Source of the DNA: Toensbergia leucococca
Lineage: Eukaryota
DNA length: 25,270 nt
NCBI GenBank assembly: GCA_022813965.1
Contig: JALDZS010000041.1
Span: 124,001-149,270, forward strand
Direction of reading: 5' to 3'
Under the pieces are notes generated by a model. The model saw only the letters and a program-made list of their open reading frames with translations. It was not told the DNA's origin and made no database searches. A program made the translations under genes and the position numbers. Positions 9,006 to 20,024 of the stretch are shown piece by piece. Numbering within the stretch: position 1 is the first letter of the stretch; every line of letters starts with the position of its first letter.

Positions 9006-11771
9006 ATGTCTACCGCCACTACCGCTCGATCTTCCCCTCGAACTCCTTGGGCATCGCATTCTCAGGCGAGAGGCCGCCAGATATCTCCCACAACACCCCT
9101 TGGTTTGCCTACACGCACCCCCATATCTGGTGGTCAAGTCGCGCCACCCTTGCAATCCGCCAAAGCTAGATCCCCTCTGCATGGAAATGGCCCCCGACCT
9201 TCCAGCCCCAATTACTTTGGCTTCACGCTCGATCAAGGAAGTCATCTAGCAGATTCCAACCCAGGTGGACAACCAATAAAGTCTAGGAGTCCTACCGCAT
9301 TCACCGCTCGGTCAAACAATGTAACATTCACCAAAGATACACACCCAGCCGTACCCTCGAATTTTGAAGCCTTTCGAAAGCAATCAGAGTCACACACGTT
9401 TAACCTGAGCCATGGAAACTTGTCACAATTCAGCATGAATGCTGGATCCGAAGAGACGCCGATACTGGCAAAGCCTCTATCAAAAATAGACGCAAGAGAG
9501 GATGCAGATTTCTCAATGTCAAACCTCACGCATGAGGTGAGCTCAGAAGGTAGGGAACCCGTTCTAGACCCTATGGATATAGACTCTGTACCTGTACACC
9601 GAGGACGTCCACGACAATCATTAGAGCCGGAGACTTCTTCTTTCTTCGGTATGCCCCGCAACCAGTCTCCAGCGAAAGCCTCTCCACAAGACCTCTACAA
9701 TATTCCAAGAAATCAAGCGTCCAATTATGAAGAGAGGCATCCACGTCTTTCCATGCCACCACGAGATCGTCTTACATCGTCCTCTAATACTGTCCACTTA
9801 CAACGCGCAGAGACTTTGCCTAGTTCCCTGAATGGTGATGGCCCAATAATGATAACACCCCAGGATCTGGTTGAGCGCTGGAAGTCTTTCGACAGTAAAG
9901 ATGTATTATTACTCGATCTTAGGGTCTTTCCCCACTACTCGCACTCAAGGATTAGCGGTGCGATCAATCTTTGTATTCCAACCACTTTGCTCAAGCGTCC
10001 TTCATTCAACGTTCAGAAGCTGGCGGAGACGTTTACTAATAAATCGGAAAAGGAAAGGTTTGAGGATTGGAGAGAGGCCAAATTCATTGTGGTGTATGAC
10101 GCTAGTTCTGCCCAGCTCAAAGATGCGACATCTTCGGTCAATACATTGAAAAAATTTACCAATGAAGGCTGGCGAGGCTCGGGTTGTGTCGTTCGCGGTG
10201 GGTTCCTAGCCTTCTCGAAAGTGGTGCCCCATATGGTAGACAAGAGACCTGGGAATGAGACTGAGACATCAACCCACCGAACGCTCTCCATCGATCCTCA
10301 AATACCAGTCATGGCACCAGTGGCTGGGGGGTGTCCCATGCCAAGTACACAGACTGCTGCAAATCCATTCTTCGGCAACATCAGGCAGAACATGGACCTG
10401 ATTGGGGGCGTTGGTCAAATGGCTGTTCAGCACCCGTTATTTTTAAAAGAGAGGGCAATGGCTGAATTACCTGCTTGGTTACGGCACGCCTCAGATGAGG
10501 GGGATAAAGGGAAAATCGTCGCCGATCGCTTCCTCGAAATTGAAAAGGCAGAGCAGCAGCGAATGCAGAAGGCTTTGACTGGAAGTGTAAGCTATGGCAA
10601 ATCTGCGCCAAGTTCAGCCCAGTCAGTGCAGGTTGCCGGTATTGAGAAGGGAACCAAGAATAGGTACAAAGACATACTGCCGTATGATCACTCGAGAGTA
10701 CGATTACAAAATGTACCATCCGGAGGGTGTGATTATGTCAATGCCAGCCATATCAAAGCGGAATGGAGCCACAGACATTACATTGCGTCTCAAGCTCCTG
10801 TACCAGCTACATTCGAGGTAATCCACTGTGTGCCTTGGCAATGAACACCAACACAAATTTGCTGACTGCTTGACTAGGACTTCTGGCGTGTTGTCTGGGA
10901 GCAAGATGCCCGCGTCATCGTAATGCTGACGGCCGAAACCGAAGGTGGCCAACGGAAATGTCATCCCTACTGGGACCCTGGTCAATATGGCTCGCTGAAA
11001 GTGAGATCTTTATCGGAGAAGCGCGTGCCTCTTCAGAGCCTGAAGCCGCCATCAACCAAGAATCTTACACCTCCAAGCGCCAAGACCAAGGCAGCGAACG
11101 AACGGCCAAGCATGAGCCATCGGCGCTCGACAAATCCCAGTAGTGTTGCCCAAAAAGATGTACCTCGCGACAAAGACACAGCCTCACTCCTCAATCAAGA
11201 AGCCGCTCATGTTGTGGTTCGTAAGCTAGATATCTCTAACTCCGTGGATCCACTTCAGCCTGTACGGGAGATCACACAAGTGCAATATTCGAATTGGCCT
11301 GATTTTGGAACACCAGCGCACCCGGCGCAAGTGCTAGAGGTAATAGAACATTGCGGCGCTGCCATTAGAAGTTATATTACCGGGACATCGAGATTTGGCG
11401 CTAACTCCCCAGCGATGAAAGGTGAAAGGCCAGTTGTAGTGCACTGCAGTGCCGGATGCGGACGGACGGGGACCTTTTGCACAGTCGACAGCGTGATTGA
11501 TATGCTCAAGCGACAACGGATGCATGCCAGAAAAGAGGGCGAGATGGACGCCGACGGCGGCGAACAGGAAGCGTCGTGGGTCCGACGTGATGATGTGGAC
11601 CTGGTGGCTAAGACGGTCGAGGATTTTAGGGTGCAGCGGTTGAGTATGGTACAGACCCTGCGGCAATTTGTGCTTTGTTACGAGACGGTGTTGGAATGGT
11701 TGGCGGTGACTGAGATGCCGGGGCAGGCTGCCAAGAGTGGAGGGAGTGATAGGAGGAGTCATTTGGGCTGA
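9006..11771 (+). CDS. pyp1: Protein tyrosine phosphatase with rhodanese-like domain (Pyp1/Ptp2/Ptp3-like MAPK phosphatase); exons 9006-10817, 10878-11771; ~901 aa
   Basis: Rhodanese-like region LLLDLRVFPHYSHSRISGAINLCIPTTLLKRPSF. PTP motifs KNRYKDILPYDHSRV, DYVNASHI, YIASQAP, DFWRVVWEQ, WPDFG, catalytic VHCSAGCGRTGTF and QRLSMVQTLRQF. Intron 10818-10877 (GTAATC..GCTGAC..TAG), phase 0. Confidence 0.93.
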
Positions 11772-12167
11772 TTGGGAAATTGTGGGGGCGTGAACGTTGT
11801 GTGTGTTTGATGCTGATGTTGATGCATGAGGGACGGGGACCGGGGCGCTATAGATGGCTGCGCTATTGGTTTTTCTCCTTTTTCTATTTTTTTTTTTTTG
11901 GGGCCGGGCGGCATTGCGACTTGGTGTTTCTTTGCTTGTCAAGTCCAACTGTTTCTTGCTTGCCATAGACGCGGTTTTGGGGAAGGAGGGGGCGGAGGGC
12001 TTGTCTGAGCTTTGCATGGAGCGGCTTAGTTGTATTTATTTCGTGGCATCACTCAATCAAATCTACCTTGTGCGTAAGATGTACAATAGGCGATATCTCA
12101 CAAGGGGAAGGCGAAATCCATACATTGGCAATGCCCCACTTGTACCAATCCACTATAAAGTGCACAA

Positions 12168-12205
12168 TCAAGTCTCAAGTCTCAAGTCTCAAGTCTCAAG
12201 TCTCA
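12168..12205 (+). repeat. Heptamer tandem repeat (TCAAGTC) x5.4 between convergent 3' ends
   Basis: tcaagtc tcaagtc tcaagtc tcaagtc tcaagtc tca. Confidence 0.95.
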
Positions 12206-12579
12206 CAGGGTAGCCATGAAACCTTCCAAAAGCGCTCGGGCGAGAACTTTCTCTTGATATATACTCCAGTGCCCCCTATTCATGGGCGCACCGATTAAGC
12301 AATACGTACAGTTTCCGATAATACACAATAGGGTGCCGCGAACAGGGGGTATCGCAACTGATAATACAACTCTAATGAAAAAGAAAGAAATACAGAAAAA
12401 AACCAATGCTCCCAATAACCCAATAATACCTCAAAAAGGGGGGGGTTTCGCCAGGAAACGGAAGATATATTCCCAAAAACTCTTCCCTAAAAAGGGAAGA
12501 AAAAACACCCGCTTAATAGAGGCAATGGATGACGAAGGTGGCGCAACATCCCATAGAGAGAACAACTTTTAATCTTCTG

Positions 12580-14000
12580 TTATGAAAGAAGAAGCGGTTT
12601 TTCGGATTTCATATCATCTTGGAAGACGGCGTCCTCGAACCACTGCGTCACCCGCCCGCACCATGGGTCGATGTATTGCGACCAGAGGAGGGCCACCTTA
12701 TAAAGGAAACAATAAAATAGCGGGAAAGTAAGGAAACATATCCAGCGGTTGGCCAGAGGTAGCCAGCCCGGCGGTAATGGTTGCCCTTGTTCATTCTTAC
12801 CTTGATCGGGCCTGACTCCGCCTCCGAACAGGACCCATGTGAGAACGGTTCGTATCAGAGGGGCGTGAAGGAGATAGACGGGGAAGCTCAATTTGCCCAT
12901 CCAACAGAGGAAAGGGTGAGATAATACCGTCTTTGCTGTAGTATTGAACATTATTCCCGTGATAAGAATGTCGACGCCGAGCCCAGGGTAAAAACGGGGA
13001 AATTCGGAGCCCCTGGGAAAGATATATGTCCCGAGAGTGTGTAAGCCCATTGACCAGCGGCTCCACTCTGGGTTTTCCTCTGGATACGAGCAGAAGAAGA
13101 GGCCTGTGAAGATAAGAATTGAAGATGCAACGGAGCAAAGGATGCTGTGGTCTGTAGCGTATTTTTGTACTTCGGGATCAAGAGACAGCTCAGCGAGGAT
13201 TATGCCGGCATAAACGTTGATGCCGATCAGAGCTGCTTAGCGTCAGAAGGTGGTCGTACGGCTCTCGTTGGGTTCGAGATACTTACCATCACCACTCCTC
13301 CATTTAAAATAGTAGAGCCCCGCAACAATCATCATACGGTATTTAGGTTTTACGTAGACGGTGGCGAGCATAGTCAGATAGACGGTCATGGATCCTTTGA
13401 GAAGGTACGTAAGAGTCCACTGTATCCTGTCGTATTGATTGGATCCATCCACCCATGTCGAAAGAAGATTGCTGTACAGATCAACAAAGGCAGCGGCAAA
13501 CGAAGCACTTGGCTCTGGGCTTGTATCTCGAATCCATGAGGAACTAGCAACCTTTGCTATCCTGTAAGCTCCAAATTGACAAACCAACCAACTCGCTGTT
13601 GTCGCTACGACAGCGGGCATGACGAAGCGTCCTGTTCTCCGAAAACAGCTCTTGGCAATACTGGACAATGCCGAGTCGGTGGTACCAGCTCGAGCTTGTT
13701 TTATGGGTTTCAAGGCATTGACGTAGCCTGAGAGGAGAGCAAAAATGGCAACGCTAGCTCGACCCATAACTAAGCAGCGGAGGATGGGGAGTTGGAACAA
13801 AGTAGGGGAACCATTCTGGGACATGGCTGGCGACAGGAGATAGGGTGCCAGGGAGCGGCATATATGTGCAGTGACAACAAGGACTGAGGCAATTCCCCGT
13901 AGACCCTGCACAAAATCAGACTGGCCCGGGATTGATAGGAAGGGTAGTAAAGGGTACTCACATCAGCCCACTTGACGTCTCTCTGACTGCCCGGTGCCAT
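12580..14000 (-). CDS. Acyltransferase family 3 (OafA/Acyl_transf_3-like) multi-pass membrane protein; exons 14000-13962, 13905-13287, 13232-12580; 436 aa
   Basis: The spliced N-terminus gives KWAD|GLRGIASVLVVTAH (family DGLRG..H motif), followed by GRASVAIFALLSGYV, FRRTGRF, QWTLTYLLKGSM and WMGKLSFPVYLLH. Introns 13961-13906 and 13286-13233 have GTGAGT/GTAAGT donors and CAG acceptors, and frame is preserved. Confidence 0.9.
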
Positions 14001-14115
14001 TATTCAAACGCTTCCAGCCATTAAGATATTTGCGAAGAATGCTGATTGAGATGTTGAGTGAGGATTGGGGGTTGATGATGACGGGATGGAAATGGCAAGT
14101 CTAAGCTAGATATCC

Positions 14116-14125
14116 GTACGGAGTA
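14116..14125 (+). promoter_or_regulatory. GTACGGAGTA motif ~115 bp upstream of the acyltransferase start
   Basis: Exact copy of the recurrent 10-mer. Function is inferred. Confidence 0.4.
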
Positions 14126-16580
14126 GCAATATTAAATATGTGGGTAAGGCAGTGGCGCCGGAGCGGGTCATTTTCCAATGAGAGCTTTGTCCAATCGCTG
14201 TTGATTACGAGTAAGGTAGGTAAGAAGCAGAGAGGCGGACTTGAGGCATGAGCCAGGGTTGTTCTTGCCTGGAGCGGGTATCAAGATTAATCGGGACGCG
14301 TGTGCCTTTATCTGATCTCCCCATCATTTGGCCCGTTTGCGTTAGCCTACCGCCATGCCTCATCCAAACCACCAGCAGCCGAAAAGCGAGACATGAGATG
14401 AAACAATTCCTCCACTTCTTTCCATTGCCACAGATGCACCTCTACTTTGAATCATGTGCAAACTGCGCATCGCTCACTTTTTGACATACATATCCTGCAT
14501 CTCTGGGAACGAAGACGGGCCTGGCTCAGTGTTTCCCAATCGTGACCACCCTGATTGTCTTGGCCCTCGCAGTCACAACCCACACGTGAGCTCTTGCCAA
14601 TTGCTGCACAAGCTCATATTCTTCCCGCAAATCCCAACGTCTTCGGCCTTTTAACCCGAGCCCCTGTGATCAATAAGATAAGCTAGTACAGGAGATTAGG
14701 GATCGAGATGCTCGCTAGAATGATTTAGGGGTGAACGAAGCCTCTTGGCTCCTTGGCTCGCTTGGCAAGAGTCACGCTGTTTTCAAGTTCTTCACGTGAA
14801 GACTACCTATTCTATTCCTCAATTGCTTGCTTTTCTACAAGTACTCATACTGTACTTTGACACAAGTGAAGATGAACTTGAATCACCAAGTCGATTTCAA
14901 TAAGCTGCTGACTGCGTCATTGCCGCAGACTCATTATTCCCTATGAATCTATGTCATTGACGACTCCCATTTGAACATATTGCGTTGATTTCTGACGCAA
15001 AAGCCTTTGGTCAGCGAGGAGTCAAATTAATCCACAGCATTCAGTAACCCTAGGAATATACTTACTGCATGGCGATGGAATCCTGCAACCTTTGACTTGT
15101 CGACCTTTTTGTTGCTTTTCCTATGGAATGCCAGATCTAAAGCGAATCGTAACCCTGGCACCTCGCTTCTCGGGCAATGGAAGGTAGATCGACCATCCTA
15201 CCCATCGAATCTCACAGGATCGACGCGCAAGATCATTGAGAATCCGTAAAGTTAGCTATCGAGATGCTGGGGAATAGTGTTCTCCATCCTTAGTCCTCTA
15301 ATCGTGCGTTATTTTCAGGACTTTACTAACAATGCAATTTTAGGCACCGCATACAACAAATTCTGCAATAGATACAGAATCAGAGTGGAGGAAGATGGAT
15401 TCTCATGGACAAGACTCGGTCGCGGAAAAGGACAGACAAAAGTTATTTCACTACATTTGAAGAGATTGTAGCCAGTCTTGGGTTCACAATGGCTTAGTAC
15501 AAGCGCATGAAAACCTCGGTGTACCCGAAAGGCTTCCGACAACCTCTCGCTCACAAATCAAACGAGATCCACATAAGGGTGTTGGAAATCTTTTGGACCC
15601 ATCAATGCACCTCGCAGAACCTCGGAGCTTTCCCTGACCCTCGAAATAAAGTCAGGCGGTGAAAGACTGATCACAAGCGCAAGTCGTCCAGATCCACGGT
15701 ACCTATGGAGCAGGTGATGTGTTTTACTAGTCCTGTTCCTAGTGCTGAGTCTGTGGCTTGCAGGAAGGTGTATGACTTTCCAACAAGCCAGAATTGGTCG
15801 ATGAGGTACGATTTCGACGTCTATGGAACTCCTTAGCTCTATGCGTTGCGGGATATACCGAGCGCTACATATCAATGATGGTGTCACAATTATGTGAGAA
15901 AGAGCAAGATTCGCTTGACCGATAAACATGCAGGCGGAATCAGCACCCGATCGCCTATTGGCACCAATTCATCCTCTCGGTTATCTCTAGCCACAATAAA
16001 CTGAGTAGGTAGTAAGGCGAGGAGGGAGTCAGATGTGGAGGTTCACCATTCCGAGCACTCGGATTTTTCAAACCGTTATATGGCTATTTGACACCATGGA
16101 AACTTTGGACAAATATCGGTCCAAGTTCAATCATGATCAAGGAGCAAAGAGCAATACAGAGAGAAAATAAGGTGCTTCCTTTGTCAAGCTGTAATTGCCG
16201 AAACTCGAGAGGTCTTCCCAGTCAGGAAGCAGAAGTGCAACTGATCGTACCGTGATACTTGGCGGTCGGCTGCCTTGCTCGCTTGGTACCGGTTGCGGAC
16301 AGTCCGAGGAACAAGAATTAGTTCTAAGACTCTCGCGCCTATCTTGGTAGTAAGTGCTCGGATCGGAATGATGAGATTGATTCGAGAGTCGACCTGAGTC
16401 AGAGCTAGGCTTTAAGATATCAACAAACACTGCTTAGCATTCCTATTCGAATCTTGCCATGGAGTCTGAGGAGTCGGTGCAACACTCCGAAGATGCCCTC
16501 TGCATTCGTACGTGAGCTCGCGGGTCTTTTGAAGCACCAATAGATAAAGGCGATGCAAATGGGTGCATTTCAAAGCATGC

Positions 16581-16590
16581 TACTCCGTAC
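16581..16590 (+). promoter_or_regulatory. TACTCCGTAC motif ~730 bp upstream of the tmpA-like gene
   Basis: Exact copy of the recurrent 10-mer. Function is inferred. Confidence 0.38.
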
Positions 16591-17319
16591 ACCGCCACGA
16601 TGAAAAAGATGCTTCGATTACCACTGGTACGGATACCTTAAGAAGATATTGTGGCACAGGCTTTAATCAAAAGAGTGGCAATACCTGCCTCCCTGCATCC
16701 CCACCTTCCAGACTCCAGACTCTCAGCCATATGGCAACTTAAGAACGGCGGCGCTGTAATCTCCAGCCAATAAGAAGGCCCTCATCCTCATGGCTACTCG
16801 GCTTGCACCTGGTAAGGACTTAGGACCCCTTGACCGGCATCATGGCCTAGGCGCGCAGTGAGAAGGGAGCTAGACAGGCGGGCTTGAACCAAGAGGGAAG
16901 TTGACTTCCAATCTCGCTACATAAATTGTTACATTTTTGCACTAGTCACGCAACTAAAACTAAAACCTCCCCACAATCATTCACGCACCTTTGCGCCATT
17001 TAGGACACGCCCCTGCATTCCCTGTTTCCGCCATATTCTACAAGAACCAGACTCCCAACTTGCAGATCGATCATCATGTTCCCCTGTTACACAAACATCG
17101 CCAATTGTTGCTTCTCGTTGAACATGCTCCCATGGCGAAACTCGTCGAATAGAACTCCCAGCGTCAGTTCGACTGAAGCAGCTTGCGTGAATTGCGCTTA
17201 ACGTAACTGTAAGACACGCGCCTCTCCATTTCCTCCATACCCGTTATCTCTTCAATTTATTTCTATATCTATTACTCACCCATTTCTATTCATATTTCAA
17301 GGCATACTCAGTCGACGCC

Positions 17320-18852
17320 ATGGTGAATCCTCCAAAGGCTTTGCTTCCGCCAAAGTCAGTTATATACGAGAGTTCAACCGAAGACCTCGAGAAGGGAGTC
17401 CATGTTGCGAACCATGAGATAGCACACGACGAAGCGCATATTGAACAGCTGGAGCCGGCGGCCATACATCGAGGTCATGAATCAATCTCATCATGCGCTT
17501 CTACCTGGAGGATATCCATGCCCCCAAGCAACCTGCCCGTGCTCCCTTATAAACGTGAGCGGCGCGGATGGAGAACGATACGACACATCCTTCTTACAGT
17601 CTACCAACGGTTGTTTTCCATCGTGTTCATTGCAAATATGATTGCCTTTGTCATCTTGCTAGCTACGTACAGCGATAGATCTGGTTGGCCGCTTTCCAAT
17701 ATCGCCACTGCCGCATCCGCCAACATCATGGTTGCCATTCTCATACGGCAGGAATATGTCATCAACCTCCTTTATAAAATCTGCTGCCTAGCACCATTAT
17801 CTGCCCCCCTACGCTTTCGACGGGTACTAGCCAAGGTTTACCATTTCGGTGGAGTTCACAGCGGTTGCGCCGTTTCATCCGTCGTATGGTTCTTGTTATT
17901 TACCGCGTGCATCACCAGGGACTTTGCTTTGGGGAAACTGAGTGATACCGCTGTGCTAGTGGTTACCTACATCCTGCTTGCGCTTCTGCTTAGCATCTGC
18001 GTCTTTGCCATCCCACGGCTACGCTTTCTATCACACAATTCTTTTGAGGTGGTCCATCGATTTGCCGGGTGGACTGCCTTGGCTCTCTTCTGGGTCCAGT
18101 TCCTCCTAGTGTCGAATGGACTTCGAAAAATGGTGGGCTCGGACTCTCTAGGAGTATTTGTCATTAAAACACCGACATTTTGGTTCCTTCTCGTGGCCTC
18201 TCTTTGCATTATACTGCCCTGGCTTCGGCTTCGGAAAGTGGAAGCGTATCCTGAGATTCTTTCTAGTCACGCGCTTAGGTTACGTTTCAACTACACAAAG
18301 ATGGGGCTTTGTGTCGGCATACGAATCAGCCATAGTCCATTGAAGGAGTGGCATGCGTTCGCGACGATTCCTGAGCCGGATGGCTCATCGTTCTCGTTGA
18401 TCATCTCGGATGCTGGAGACTGGACAAAGCAGCAAATCCAGCATCCGGCGAAGAAATATTGGGTGCGCGGGATTCCTACAATCGGGGTCCTTCACATGGC
18501 TGTATTGTTCAAGCGAGTGGTCATCGTGACGACTGGCTCAGGCATCGGACCATGTCTGTCACTCCTCGTCTCTCGGCCTATCGCTTGCCGGATTCTGTGG
18601 TCAACGCCAAATCCACTTCAAGTATACGGAGAATCCATCACACAGGAGGTTGCGAAGGCTGATCCGCAAGCTTTGATTATCAATACGCGAGCGTCCGGAC
18701 GGCCAGACATGGTGGCCCTGACATATCACCTCTTCATCGAGTCCCAAGCAGAGGCCGTCTTTGTTATATCTAACCCTGTTCTGACACGAAAAGTAGTGTA
18801 TGGTATGGAAAGCCGAGGCATCCCCGCCTACGGCCCGATATGGGACTCATAG
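17320..18852 (+). CDS. tmpA: TmpA-like integral membrane flavoprotein/oxidoreductase (ferric-reductase-like TM region + FAD/NAD(P)-binding region), 510 aa, intronless
   Basis: About 6 TM helices with KVYHFGGVHSG and HNSFEVVHRFAGW, FAD-binding-like EWHAFATIP, GDWT, NAD-binding VTTGSGIGPCLS, and C-terminus GIPAYGPIWDS. These match the TmpA/TmpB/TmpL family as I recall it. Confidence 0.85.
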   Translation: MVNPPKALLPPKSVIYESSTEDLEKGVHVANHEIAHDEAHIEQLEPAAIHRGHESISSCASTWRISMPPSNLPVLPYKRERRGWRTIRHILLTVYQRLFSIVFIANMIAFVILLATYSDRSGWPLSNIATAASANIMVAILIRQEYVINLLYKICCLAPLSAPLRFRRVLAKVYHFGGVHSGCAVSSVVWFLLFTACITRDFALGKLSDTAVLVVTYILLALLLSICVFAIPRLRFLSHNSFEVVHRFAGWTALALFWVQFLLVSNGLRKMVGSDSLGVFVIKTPTFWFLLVASLCIILPWLRLRKVEAYPEILSSHALRLRFNYTKMGLCVGIRISHSPLKEWHAFATIPEPDGSSFSLIISDAGDWTKQQIQHPAKKYWVRGIPTIGVLHMAVLFKRVVIVTTGSGIGPCLSLLVSRPIACRILWSTPNPLQVYGESITQEVAKADPQALIINTRASGRPDMVALTYHLFIESQAEAVFVISNPVLTRKVVYGMESRGIPAYGPIWDS

Positions 18853-19870
18853 ATGGAGATAGACTCATATCACACGTGGACACGAAAAAATTAGATGGCT
18901 TGCGATGAGTTTTCACTCCCTAACTATACTATTGTTGCATTTCTTGAAAATGGCGTTGGTTAGTCATGATGGTGCATTTTTGGGGGGTGGGTGTGAAATT
19001 GGAACGATGTATGTATGATGACGGGCTGGCCAAACAGTCTAATGAGCTTTTGGTACATAATTTGGATAGCTGATAGCAACCAATATGCTCAATGGAACCA
19101 TTTCCGCGCGTGTGATATTGACGTGGGGGCACGGACAAGCCTTGCCATATTGGGCGCTGGCTTGGTCGAAGGCAACTCAAATGAGCCGACAGAAGCACCG
19201 TACATGGGAAAGACTAAGGCACTGTCGAGTACCTTATCGGACTGTCGGTCATGTCCTGAAGTCCGGGGGGATTGTTGGGGCTGTTCTGGAGGAAGCCACG
19301 AAGCCTAAACACGTAGAAACGAGGTCGGAAATTGCATCAAGGCTAATCCTTGCGGTAAGTAATGGCTTGCATTAGCTTGCATTAGTTTGCATGAACTTGG
19401 CCCCAGCTCATGCGGGCCGGGATCAGGTCCCATGGAAGATCCATACTCCGAGACTCCGTACCTGACGGGATGTTCAAAGCTAAGGTAACCTTAACGTTGC
19501 CAAAGTTGAAAGGGGAGAGGGAAATCGAAGAAAAGGAAAAGAAACGGAATGATATGAATTTATTTCAGGGCAATTAATTGAGGGAACAGTGGCATGGATC
19601 CTCTTAACTCCATTGCTAAGCCTTGCCCATGTTACAAAATACTCCGACCCTCCGAGATGGTGGTACAAGAATAGTTATCGATTACACCACGACACCACCA
19701 CATCTACTAATGAACCACGCTAACAGGGCTGATGCACGAGTATGGAGTTAACCAAATCCCTCTCCTCCCCGCTACTTCGCCATATCAATTATCCTGATCA
19801 GTGATCAACCTTCCCCCCCTTACCAATTACCCGCTCCACGTGTGCATTGTGCATGCACAGGATGCACAGG

Positions 19871-19881
19871 GTACTCCGTAC
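19871..19881 (+). promoter_or_regulatory. GTACTCCGTAC motif ~145 bp upstream of the afeA-like gene
   Basis: Exact copy of the recurrent motif. A 9/10 partial copy (ACTCCGTAC) lies at 19453-19461. Confidence 0.4.
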
Positions 19882-20024
19882 TCGTAATTAGATTGACATG
19901 TAATTCGCTGCGCCTGTCTTACGGCTAGGAATAACTCCTGCTGCCCCTGCCCCTTGTTTGCCTATCTTCTGCTTCTTATATTCTTATCTCTGGCGCAATC
20001 CATCTGTATTCTGCTATTGCCGTC

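Noticed and set aside
11334..12298. Several overlapping ORFs around the phosphatase 3' end
   Set aside because: Antisense shadows or products of low-complexity T/G-rich 3' sequence and the heptamer repeat.
15277..16430. Short ORFs in the long intergenic region
   Set aside because: No motifs and no consistent splice model.
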